From positions 8,275,309 to 8,339,308 of the forward strand of contig CM056607.1 of the NCBI GenBank assembly GCA_029721355.1: a stretch of DNA of 64,000 nt, written 5' to 3'. The notes beneath the pieces were generated by a model, which did not search any database, was not told where the DNA came from, and was given only the letters and a program-made list of their open reading frames with translations. The position numbers and the translations under genes are program-made. The stretch is from Tegillarca granosa (taxonomy: Eukaryota). Each line of letters opens with the position of its first letter. Positions within the stretch are counted from its first letter, which is position 1. Below, piece by piece: positions 25,642 through 37,761 of this stretch.

Positions 25642-25768
25642 ACTACAAGACCACAACCTAGACTTCAAGCATTAACAGTTGAAAGAGAACTATCCTTTGA
25701 GTATGATGATATAGGAATGGGAGAAAGCGATGATGAACTAGGGGATGATGAACAACCCAAGACAACAG
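25642..25768 (+). CDS. SANBR: SANT-BTB gene exon 12, TTRPQPRLQALTVERELSFEYDDIGMGESDDELGDDEQPKTT(G). Its 3' end plus the donor are tandemly duplicated in the downstream intron.
   Basis: Acceptor tttatcag and donor GTAACT. Phase-consistent. Confidence 0.65.
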
Positions 25769-26360
25769 GTAACTTATTGATTAAATAAGACAGGAGAAAG
25801 TTATGATTAACAACAAAAGACAACAGCTAACTAATAACTAAAATTGAGAAAGTACTGATGAACTAGGAAATAATGGACAACCTAAGGCAAAAGGTAACTG
25901 ATGAATTAAATAAAACAAGAGAATGTGATGATGAAAAAGGGGTGATGAACAACCCAAGACAACAGGTAACTTATTGATTAAATAAGACAGGAGAAAGTTA
26001 TGATTAACAACAAAAGACAACAGGTAACTAAATGATTAAAATTGAGAGAGTACTGATGAACTAGGAAAAAGTGGACAACCTTAGGCAAAAGGTAACTGAT
26101 TAATAAAATAAAAGAAGAGAATGTGATGATGAAATAGGGGTGATGAACAACCAAAGACAACAGGTAACTGATTAATTAATTAATTAAAACAGGAGAAAGT
26201 GATGATCAACAACCCAAGACAACAGGTAACTGATTAGGGTAATTAAATAAAACAGGAGAAAGTGATGATTAACTAAAGGTTGACAAAACAACTGATTACT
26301 TATACATAAAAAGGGAGAAAGTGATAATGAACCTGAGAATCACAAACAACCAATAACAGC
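25769..26360 (+). repeat. Tandem duplications of the 3' end of SANT-BTB exon 12 plus its donor (gatgatgaacaacccaagacaacagGTAACT motif x ~9, sub-units about 65 bp, higher-order about 190 bp)
   Basis: Motif copies at about 25750, 25940, 26000, 26140, 26200 and 26330, interspersed with gtaactgat/attaaataa blocks. Confidence 0.8.
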
Positions 26361-27197
26361 AGGTAACTAAATGCATTATCAATCATGAATAACCCAAGAA
26401 AATTGGTTATTGAATAAAATATGAAATTTGGAAGAAAATGATTATAAAACCAACTAAATTTGTACAAGTTACATTTCTCCATTTTTACTTCACTCCTTTC
26501 AAAAATCATTAATAAACTGCAACATAAGATGTAAGATGAGTGTGTAAAATAATGATGATTCATGACATCATTGATTTATAATAATTGTTACTATGGTGAT
26601 ACATCTACCTGTAATGAATTTTGTTTATGGAGCTATTTTTATCTATCTTAATATTGATGTTTAAGATGTTTTATATTTAAGAATTGACGTTTTGGATACT
26701 GATTTATAAAATTTCAACACTTTTTGTAACCAGTATAATTCAGTCTTACTGGATTACAAATTTCAGTCTTACAAATAAAACATAGTTATAGCTTATTTTT
26801 TTCTTTGGTTTAGCATTATAAAAGTACCAGACATATATTAGATTTTCATCACAAATATTTTTACTGCAGTCTTTTTTTATGATCAAACTCATTTATTTTC
26901 ATATGTTTGTATAGGTAAACATCTTCAGTTACCAGTATGTGTCAATATGTTGGATACATTTCCTTCTCTGTTGTATCTTGTAAGCTGATGACTCTTTGGC
27001 TCAAATCCTTTGCACTTGGCCGAGATCTCTTTTATGATTAAGTTCTGGGCACAATAAAAGTATTAAATTACAATACAATATTAAGTTTAAAATATTTTAT
27101 AAGCATAACTAATGAATTATACAAATATGATTATTACAATTGCATAGTTGAAATCTTGAAAGTACATGTATTTTGATAGTTGACACTTCTCTTTTAG

Positions 27198-27276
27198 CAA
27201 GGAGAAATCGAGGGTTCCGGAAATCTAGAGTTACAATTGATCCACAAGCCATTTTGTTGGATGCTCCAGATTTTGA
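27198..27276 (+). CDS. SANBR: SANT-BTB gene exon 13, (A)RRNRGFRKSRVTIDPQAILLDAPDF(E)
   Basis: Acceptor ctcttttag and donor GTAAGT. Phase-consistent. Confidence 0.65.
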
Positions 27277-27292
27277 GTAAGTAAATTGGTAT

Positions 27293-28298
27293 CAGGTCAA
27301 TTCGCCCCACGGTAAATTCGCCCCCGTCAAATTTGCCCCCACTTCTTGCAAATTCGTCCCCATGTCAAAATCGCCCTCTTTAAATTTGCCCCACTTCTTG
27401 AAAATTCGCCCCCATCAAATTCGCCCCCAACTTTTATTGAGATTTTTCCTTTTTTAAACTTTTTTTTATAATTATTAATTTTATATTACCTCGAACATGC
27501 CAAATTAATACTGTTAACATATTATTTGTAAATATGCATTGTTTGTTGCAATTTATGTCGAGTATTCATAATGCATTTCACTGAATTCACATATAAGATA
27601 GCCCAGGTGTGTTGTGATTACTGTAATAACTTATATTGAAATGGTGGTTATCAAAAGTCTTTTGTATGATTATTGCTATTTACCTCTAACCACCAACTGT
27701 CCACAGTTTCATCTTGGACAAATATATGGAACTATTAGACGGTACTAGACAATAGCTGTTGTTTGTATGGATAATATATTTAATTAATCAATAAAAACTT
27801 TTCTTAAGTGAAATATTGCTACAGTCCACTACCGTAGCCTCCAGTATTTAGAGTTGAGTTATGGTGTTTAACTCCCAAGTCAAAAATATTTCACTTCAAT
27901 AAGTAGATGTCACACCAGCTATCATAATGCTGAGTGCTTTGCGGTCTTGGACCATACCTTGTCTGGGTTCTAACTCACGACCTCCAACTTATGGTGCGAT
28001 TACTCTGCCAACTGAGCTACCACATTTAGACCTGCTACCTTTGTCACTTATGGAGAGCACAGGTACCAGGGGGAATTTACTTTAGCACGTCGTCATAAAT
28101 CAACTCATAAGTTATTACTACAAAATGAAGTTTAGAAAAAATTGGGGCGATTTTGTTCGTCAGGGCGAATTTGTTAAAAGTGGGGGCGAATTTGCCCGAA
28201 GTGGGGGCGGTTTTGAACGAGGGCCAATTTGTTAAAAGTGGGGGCGAATTTGACGGGGGGGATTTTACCGTGGGGCGATTTGACTTGAATTCGTAAAT
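27293..28298. mobile_element. About 1-kb foldback/MITE-like element with ~130-bp TIRs built from aattcgccccc sub-repeats. It carries an internal tRNA-derived SINE fragment and lies 16 bp downstream of the exon 13 donor.
   Basis: Left ggtcaattcgccccacggtaaattcgcccccgtcaaatttgccccc... (27293-27430). The right arm at 28140-28298 is its reverse complement (gggggcgaatttgacggggggg attttaccgtggggcgatttgac). The internal segment 27840-28030 ends in the tRNA-like ggtagctcagttggcagagtaatcgc on the minus strand. Confidence 0.6.
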
Positions 28299-29011
28299 TT
28301 GTTTCGTTTAGAGAGAATACATAACACTAAGATAAGTTGGTCAATGATTAACAAACATTTAAAACATAACAATGTGCTTCATTTTGATAAAATTCTGTTC
28401 TCTTTCGACATTTTCAATATTAATTTTTTTTATCATATTTGACATCATGCAAATTTCAAATTTTTACCAATTAGATAATAATTTAAGCCTATTAAGTATA
28501 TATTTTAGTTATCAAATGTAAGCTCATTTGGATTAAGAAGGGTCACAGTCTGTCATTTGCTATCTTGAAAATTAAAATATGCTACTTTGAATATCAGTAT
28601 CTGATCTTAAAATTTTGATTAACTGTACAGGCAAGCTATATTGTAAATGTTGATGGATTAGTTGTGGCAAGGTATGTTGTAAATGTAACAGTTATCGTTT
28701 TGTCTGTACTTTTAGTGTTCAAATTCAAACTAGAAAAATTATCTTAGTTTAATTACACATATTTAATCTGGTCATATCAGAAAAATGTGAAGAAAAACTT
28801 CATGAATTTGCATTGATTTGGAAATTTCAAATTTGAGAGCAAAACAAATGATAGACATTTGAATCATGTTACTTGTAAAAATAATTCTTCATGTTATACT
28901 TAGAAAAACAGTCAGAAAAAAACACTACACTTACACATACGTAAAAATGCTATTGATAAATTGTATAGAATGCATTTAGAAACTATTGATCATATTTATT
29001 TTAACTTTTAG

Positions 29012-29082
29012 TCAAACAAAAAAATCAACATGGGATACAGGAAGATCAATGAGGTATAACCAAGATGCCCAGAGACAAGAAG
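29012..29082 (+). CDS. SANBR: SANT-BTB gene exon 14, (D)QTKKSTWDTGRSMRYNQDAQRQE
   Basis: Acceptor aacttttag and donor GTAGGA. 71 nt. Phase-consistent with anchored exon 15. Confidence 0.6.
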
Positions 29083-29623
29083 GTAGGATGACTTTATATT
29101 TTCAAGTAAAATTGAAAGTTGATTGTAATATGGTCAGATTCATTGGACAGACATGATAAACATATCAATTATTGATGATAGATATATCAATTATTAGAAT
29201 AATTAGATATGATTTATCATTGTCATTGGCATTATACTTGCTGATTGGGATAGTGATTCAAAAGCTAAAGCATATCAATGCAGGTAACCTTTATTTATAA
29301 ATCTCACTTAAAATTGGTGTTTATTTCATTGTCTCTCAAGTTCCATCATAAGCTGTTCGCTAGGCCATTATAAATATTTCATACAATAGGAAAAGCATCA
29401 ATTTGAAAGTCTTCATGGAGAGTAAGTAACAGGAGACAACTGTGAAATTAAACATGTAAAAACATTTCTGTGTCTTTTCATTTTCTGAGACATGGTATCA
29501 GTTTCCATTTGTAGAGTTTTAAGATCAATTTCTTTATGGTATATATCACAAGAAAGCTGTTCTTCTAAGTATTGTTGCTTATTTTCATCCTGTTAGTAAA
29601 TAATTTTTGTCTGCTGTTTTTAG

Positions 29624-29712
29624 ATCATCGCAGAATGAAAGAGATTAGATACTATCTTACAAAATTAAGATTAAATACAGACAAAGTAGACAAACCAAAT
29701 TTAAAGAGAGAG
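29624..29712 (+). CDS. SANBR: SANT-BTB gene exon 15, (D)HRRMKEIRYYLTKLRLNTDKVDKPNLKRE
   Basis: Anchored to ORF 29572..29802. Acceptor gtttttag and donor GTAAGT. Confidence 0.7.
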
Positions 29713-30190
29713 GTAAGTAAAGTATATCAAATGATTTCTTACTTTTATTTCGACGATATTTGGAATATAAAACTTTTTATGTTAACCTTTGTTCTGAATT
29801 AGATTCTCTCTCTAAGGTGATTTGATTTAACACTAAAGAATGAAGTGGAGTAATGGAGTTTTTTGCTTAGTCAAGATTGTTTCAGTTATATTGAGTTCTT
29901 TCCAGGACGGTTAAAAACTTTGTACCTCTGCACTGAATAATAAGTCCTCTGAGCTACACAGATCCCTGCATTCCTTCTTTCCAATTTTATGATTTAGTTA
30001 CCATGAATTAAAAACCTGTCGATAAACCACTTCTAATGGTTGGAAGGTCAAAATCTTACTTTTAGCAATTTAGATAGCAGCTATAGAGTTAAGTTAACTT
30101 GACATTTCCTCTTATACAGGGCTTCAACAGAACAATGATTGAAGTTAACACAAGTTGTATTTTAATTCTGTTTTTGTTAATTATTATAGT

Positions 30191-30280
30191 ATAGTGGAGG
30201 TATGTACTGTAAATTAGAAGGAATTTGGAAGTCACAGTATCTACAGACCAAACAACAGGGACCTCCTTCATTTAGGTGAG
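30191..30280 (+). CDS. SANBR: SANT-BTB gene terminal coding exon, YSGGMYCKLEGIWKSQYLQTKQQGPPSFR*, stop TGA at 30278-30280
   Basis: Acceptor tattatag, phase 0, in-frame TGA. The stop overlaps a consensus donor-like AGGTGAGT, so use of a further downstream exon cannot be excluded. Confidence 0.55.
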
Positions 30281-30850
30281 TTACAAAATGAAGTAATTGA
30301 ATGTTTATCTTTTTATGGTTCTACAGTCGTGGTACAATACGGTACTTTGCATAAAAATATCGGCACAAAAAATACAAGTAGTGCTCAACAAATCTTATAC
30401 TTGATATCCCTCAATTTTTTTATGAAACATTTATTTTTATTGGATGGACTATATTTATTTATTATACCTCATGTAATTTTCAAGTAATTTGATTGGATAA
30501 CTAACTGTTTGAAAATAAAATAATATCACCCTTAGATTTACTAAGAATAAAGAATGGCGCACATGCTTCAGGATAACATTAGTTGAGGAGTTATGGTAAC
30601 GGGTAATATTACAAAAAATATCACATGTGCAAAAGGAATCCTAAATCACACAACCGAGTGCATTTCAATCACAAGCAACTAAACGTTTGATGGATACAAT
30701 CATATTTATTCATATGCAAGCGTTTCCTTGATTAAGACTACCTGTCTGATATAGTAGCCAGGAGAAGTCAGCTGCAGTGTATGGATTGGTACAGTAATCA
30801 TTTTTTTAAGTAACAGAGAATCTCAGTTTAAGAGAATATCTGGAGAAAGA

Positions 30851-30989
30851 CATTTGGCATAATAAAATAAATATAACATTCATAAGAGGGTGATATTGCA
30901 TATTTTCACCCCTCAGAAACCATTGTCAACCGAGGCTTTGCCTCAGTTGACAATGGTTCCTCAGGGTGAAAATATGCAATATCACCCTC
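30851..30989. repeat. Long near-perfect palindrome/hairpin (about 69-bp arms, 2-nt centre) about 570 bp downstream of the SANT-BTB stop codon
   Basis: The left arm taaatataacattcataagagggtgatattgcatattttcaccc...caaccgaggc has its reverse complement at 30922-30989. Mismatches are limited to a small internally palindromic segment. Confidence 0.85.
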
Positions 30990-32039
30990 TTATGAATGTT
31001 ATATTTATATAATATTATTATACAATCATCTGGGAAATCAGTTCATTATCCTTTGCATTAATTCTTTCTACAAATTCAATAGATATTCATTATTTTATGG
31101 AATATATTGGAGTTATTTTTGTGACAAATATACATTCAAAATTTTTTAATTCAGTTTTTGAAAAAAAATATATATGCATGTATATATCATGACAAAAGTT
31201 TAATGTACAAAGTTTTGTGTTTCTTTATTGCTGCGGAGCAGGAGTAGGACATTGATGGGAGGTCCTAGACGAGAAAAAACACATTTATATTAAATGGAAA
31301 ACATTTTATCCAGGTTTGAAAACATTACATATTTAATGCATGGCTGCATGTCTAATTGCACTGGGAATCCGTTAACAAGATAACCTCATAACAAAATTTG
31401 TTGTAAATCCTCAATTCCTGTTTGTTCCAGTAATGATTGCTACTGTTTACCTAAGTAATTGTACATGTATATTGTATAGAAGTCTCTGTATAATGTGTTT
31501 TGTAAGCTTTTCCACATAAAATCTATAAGAAAAATTCAAGATCAATAAGGTTTTTATCAAATGTGTTAAAAATGTTTCTTGTCAAGTTCAAAGCCATTTA
31601 TATTACTCATTTGTTTTTAATGAACACAGTTTTCCTATAATAAGAATGTCATGTTTTCTTCAGTCAGTTTCCATGTTGACTGGAGTAGAGTAACGGCGTT
31701 TTATGCATCAGTCAAGATTCTTTCACTTTTAATAAGGTAGAAGTTTCCTTGTTGTCATAGTTACAGTACAGGTATGCTGTCTTTGTAACTACTTTTGCTT
31801 TGATTTTGATTTTTACCTTGATCTTTATTGATAATAAACAAAGTTTCATGTCATGTTTAGAATGTTTTTAATTTGAAAGAAACAATCGTAATTTTTAGCA
31901 AAATCACATTTCAATCACCATTTAAAATGCTGTGATATAAATGGTTGATTAACTTGTAACAATTATAAACCATTCTTATCCATTTGATCTAAATTTATAT
32001 ATTTATATATATACATGTATAAGCAAACCAAGTATCTCA

Positions 32040-32200
32040 CTATGTGTTTCTGTAGAGCACAATTTGCACACTTCATAGGTGGCAAGGGAGATAAATTTGC
32101 ACATTTCGCAGGTGGAAAGGGAGATAAATTTGCACACTTTGCAGGTTGAAAAGGAGATAAATTTGCACACTTTTGCTGGTGGAGAAGGAAAATAATTGCC
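32040..32200. repeat. About 33-bp tandem repeat x ~4 (tttgcacacttcataggtggcaagggagataaa)
   Basis: Direct reading. Confidence 0.8.
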
Positions 32201-35200
32201 TTGTATATCATATTCACATTTAAATTGCATCTTTGAGGTTTACTTTTAATTTATTAAAATACCATTATGACCAGTAAACAATGGGTTTTTTTGGTAAAAT
32301 GTTTTTTTAACCATTTTGTTTCTAAAGAAAATCACAACTTGCAGTTGATCAATGTTACAGTGCTTACATCACCATATATTGTCTATAAAATGGACTCCTC
32401 TGCATGAATAAAAGAGCTTGTATATATATTTATAATTCTGTCTTGCTTATTGTAATTATTTTGCCATCATTTTTTCATAACAGTACATGTTTTTTGTTGT
32501 TTAAAGTTGACATAGACAAAGACAAGAAATAATATTTTGCATGCTCAGTTTTAATACATAATGTTGTATTGTAATAATGTAGCTTTATTTACAGTAGTTT
32601 AGTACCTTGTGGGACTATTAAGACTGTTGTGATGTATGTAATACTGCATGTTATTTCACTTCTCAGATGTTTTTATAAAGTGTTTGTAAATATCATGAGG
32701 ATAAAATGATCATGTAAATGTTAATTTACAGTAAAGATGTTACATGTTTATGAAGCAAAAAAAAAAAAAAATAATAATAATAATAATAAAATAAATAAAA
32801 CATTGTTGTATAAATAAAATAGTATTGTAACCACAATTATAACAATCTGAATACTATTGAGTTGTAAAAAATTTCATGTTATTTGTCATGATCTCATCAT
32901 CGGTCATATTATCATATTAAAGTTTTATATAGATGTCATCATGGTTAAAAATAGCTTTGATGTCCAAGTAGTCAGGAGTATATTGTACTGGGTTACTTTT
33001 TATATTGCCATTCACCTTCTATGTTTAATCTCATTCTGACAAAATCTCAGTTTTCTTGCTAGTGGTTGGTGGTTTTCTTCAAGCAATTCATTTTCCTCCA
33101 TCACCCCAGAACTGCTACTTTGGTATAAATAAAATAGTTATCACTTAGCATAAAACTGTTCTAACCATCCAATCTGTGGTTAAAATGCTTAGAAGAGCCA
33201 TTTTTGGCTCAACTGGCGAAGCCAGGGTTAGTTTTTGGTATGATAAATCATCTGTTTGTCATTGCATACATCATAAACTTAAGTCTTCTCCTCTGAAAAA
33301 ATTGGCGAATTCAATGTAATTTTGTGTGGAAGGTCATTGTGCAATACAGATAAAAAATTTTATCCTGTATTTCTATCCAAAATCAAAGATGGCTATGAAT
33401 GGCAAAATTCTATAAATAGCAATTGCATGTTTGTTAATGTACCAATTTTGTTGATATATTATGTAAAGAAAGTAGAAATTAGGATATTAAAAATATGTAA
33501 TAGGTATTTCAAAAAAGTGTTTGTTTGCACAGTACTAACACAGTAGTTAAATAAGTGTGGAAATTACTTTGGTGGTAAAAACTTTATCTGACATTTCCAA
33601 ATCCAAGATGGTCATTACAGTTTTTTAATGTACAATGAAAGCTGTTTTTTATACAGGGGTGTTCCAGGTGAGTGATATGGGCGAAATTGGGTTTTTTGTT
33701 AATAAAACTACAAAATTGCCTAAATAAAAAACTACTGTTAGATTATCTTCATTATAACAGTTACATTATATAAGATCTTTCTGTTTGGTATTATATAGTA
33801 TACAATTAGTCATTTTTATCTACTGGTATTTTTATATTTTAGGGCAAAACCTGCTAGAGTAACCCAACCAAGGGCTTCAATATCCTAGGAACGGATTTCA
33901 TTCTAAAATTGACATCTATTTTGGAAACCATTATCCTTCACAAGTATTATGTATTTAAATTAAACCTCATGTGCCATGTTGTGATCTGTAAAGTTTTGTG
34001 ATATTGAAGTACAAAAGCAATATTCAGGACATAACCTGGTATCAAGTGACACTGCAGAGGCTTCCATCTGTGGTGTTGTATTTCAAGAATGGTATCATAT
34101 CCAAGTTCAAGACATCAGTTAGACTTCTTGTTTGACATTTCTTGCATCATGCTTGATAAAACATTGCCAGTCACTTGGTATTCGAGGAAATCAATTGACA
34201 TCCTTTTCATTGCGATATTGTTCAATGATTATTATTTTTTTGTAAAGTTAATGAAAGAAATAAATAATTTATTTTTTAATTTTAAAAAATCAATGACATG
34301 TATATTTTATTTTTATATAAATATATAGATTTTAATTTTACAATGATTTTGATACAAATATGCACATCTATTGAAATAACCGCATGTATTTATAACTTTC
34401 CGCCCACTAAAATGTTTTTGTTTCCTCTGCCTTTAGCAGAAAATATGTGATTTTATTCAATTTTTTTTCACCTATTTGTGAGAGAAGTATTTTATCAGTT
34501 ACAATTACCATCCACCAAAAAGAGTTTGTTTTCATAGCCAATAAATTCTAATAGCTATTGCAAAATTGTTAATTGTCCATGTAACTTTGTAACGTTTCAC
34601 GAATTAAAAGTCTGACAATATTGAATATAATTTAGTTTTTTCCATACAAGTTAGCACATATTTCTGCTTTTGGTAGGGGACAATTAAGTTCATAGTTTGT
34701 TTAGTATTGTTGGTATTTGTCTGCAATATTTATCCATGGGCTTTCATAACAAGACATTTTCATGTATGTTTCATCAGACTGTATGTAAACCCGGAGTTTT
34801 TTTTTCATCGTTTTCATTATCTTCGTATCCTATTACATGTATTTCTGCATCATTGGTTGCCAGCCAATACAGATGTAAACAGATCAAATTCATTTTGCCA
34901 CTGTTTTATTTTTGTGTAAATCTCAAAAATAAAGTGAACCTGAAAATTTCTGAATTAACTATTCTTGTTGAGATATATTTATATTATAAATACAGTGCTT
35001 TGATGATATTGTCATAAAATCCTTATAATATACATGTAAAGTAACAGAAAAGTAAACCAACTATGATAGCTCAATAATATGTCTGCTCAAATCCTGGTAC
35101 TTGAATCATGAGTCTGTATCTTCCTTTTGACTTAATCGAAACTCAGTAAAATCTTTTCAAATATAAACCTTTTACAACACTTTCTTCTTCACCTCATTTC

Positions 35201-37761
35201 AGTTTGGAAAAGATGTAATCAAAATTGTGCAGACATGTGTGAAAGTAACACATATTACCGGTACATGTACTATACTTTAGTACAACAAATTAAGCTATAT
35301 CCTACATCTAACTGTTAACTTATCCAGATCTTCTAAGTTTTGTCTCAGAAAGTCATCATTTTCAATTTAGTTACCATCTTTCCTCCCATGTTGAAATAGA
35401 TGAACTACAAAGACAGCTACAATGTACTATTGATAGAAGTCATATTTTATTGATCAAGTTATTAAAACAATTATGATTTTGTAATAATTTTTTTAAAATT
35501 TAAACCCTAGTAATCTCCATTTTTTACACATAAAAATTTTTACACATTGTGACCTTGCTGTAGTCAAATGTATCAGGTTTGTATATGCTTATATATTATG
35601 AAGAAAACAACTGCCTTACAAATTTGAAAGGTGAGCAACAAGGAAAACAGTTATTTTTAGCTTGTTTTTAAAAAATGAGGGGCTTTCTAATAGTATTTAA
35701 CCCACATCAATGGACACCATTTTGTCATTTCATCCAGTACTTTACTTTACATTTACTTTGGCATTTATATTCCTTGAACCTGATATATGTTTATGATTGT
35801 CTCATATTATTTGCTTGTTCCATTCATGTATTGTTTCCTTTTCTTGGTTATATTGTCTTTCACCAAGCACATGTTTTTAACAACTATGTTAATCAAAAAT
35901 TAAGGACATTGACTGACTTTTAAGTTTATTATTTCAAACACTGCCTTTATATTTCAATGTTAAATTAGTTAATAACAAAATATTTCCCATTTTTCTTTAT
36001 TTTATTCATTTGTTTTATGTGATGACAAGGAAAAATTTTGCTCACCATTATTATTTGTTATTTGCTCACTAAGTTGTGTTACACATTCAGTGATAACGAT
36101 TTGTGTACTTGATAATTAAATGTGTGTATGTAATACAAAAATGTATTGAATAAAATTCTGCTTTAAATGGTAACATGTATGCTGTTGTTTCTTGCTTTAT
36201 ATTGAAAATAATTTCATATTTTTCTGATAAATTTAGAGTTAAACAAGTGGGTTCCAAGTTCACTTTTATTCTGAAAGTCATATACAAAACAAAAACTTCC
36301 CTAGTGTCTTAAGTATATCACGAAATTCTGTCCAAAATGTATGTTCAATCTTAAATAATTAATGAAACAGTGGTTTGGTTTTCACTTTTGATATATGCAA
36401 TCTTTGATGAAAGGCAGAGATCAAGGTCATGACCTCATTTTTATCCTTTTTCTTGTTCTTTGCAACATTTCAGAAAGTCCATAGTAACCAATAGATATTT
36501 GTCATATAATGATTCAGTATTTTTAAGATTGTCATTTTGAGTCATAATTTGATCAAGGTTAAAGTTCTAATCAAACAAGTAAATAATGTCCACAGTAACC
36601 AAATACATAATTTTATTCAGCGATTTCATAGTTGTCATTTTAGTTAAAATTAGGTCAAGGTCAGTTTCTTAGCAACCAAGATAATATGCAAAATTTTCTT
36701 AACAACTATTTATACTTTTATCAATGTAATGTGAGCCATAGTTGGGTCACTGTCAACATTTATTTTTTTAGCAAGCAAGTAAATAATGTAAAATATCCTT
36801 TGTGACCATATGTATTTAGACCTCTTAATTTTGATGAAGGCAGCAGGTGTTCCATATGAATCCAAATTTCATACGAAATAAATTACTTGGAAATATGTAA
36901 AAACACATCATAAAACTTTTCATGTGTAATTTCAAAAAAAAAAAAAAATTACTGTCTCCGATTTAATGATCACTGGAGTCAACTATAATATGTACACAAA
37001 TTCTGACAGTTATCCTTTATTCTATTGCAAATAGCATATATAACTAAATAAATACATAATAAATAATTAATAATTTCAGTAATTTGTCTCATTTTGTATC
37101 CAGTAAGTGTGAAACATGTTAAACAGCTTGTAATAATGATGTTTGGATGACATACTTTTAAACCAGTATATCACTTTATTAAGTTTTGATGTGGTTTCTT
37201 TACCACATTAGTTTGCAAATAAAATTGACTGCAAATAAAATCTGGCAATGCAAGTTTTCATTATTAATACACTTAAGTGTTGCTTAATAGACATTTTACA
37301 TGGTTGCTAAGCAACTACACTTGACCACAATCTTTTTATTGTTATATGTAATGATTGTTTGAATGGCACTGATCACAAATATACATGTGTGTTATAGACA
37401 CAAGTACACAATTTATGTGATTACACAATTTATGTGATTACCAAGGAACTATGACCCTTGATCTTTACATTTTCTTAGAGTTTATAATTATTTGTAATGA
37501 TCCTGATCTCCTTTCATTTTCAATTCTAAACATAAAATTGAAAACATAATATTGTTATGTCAAATAGAGCAGGAAAAATTATGTTTCTATAATAGTCATG
37601 ACCTTGACCTTTGAACTCAAACCATCACTTCATTTCTTTTTTATATATAAAGCTAAATTGAAATGAAAAAACACATAAAGCTTAAATGGAACAGAAAAAT
37701 GCTAATATACAGTGTAATTTGTTTGAATTCAGGCAAAAATACTGGTATAATTTTAGATACC

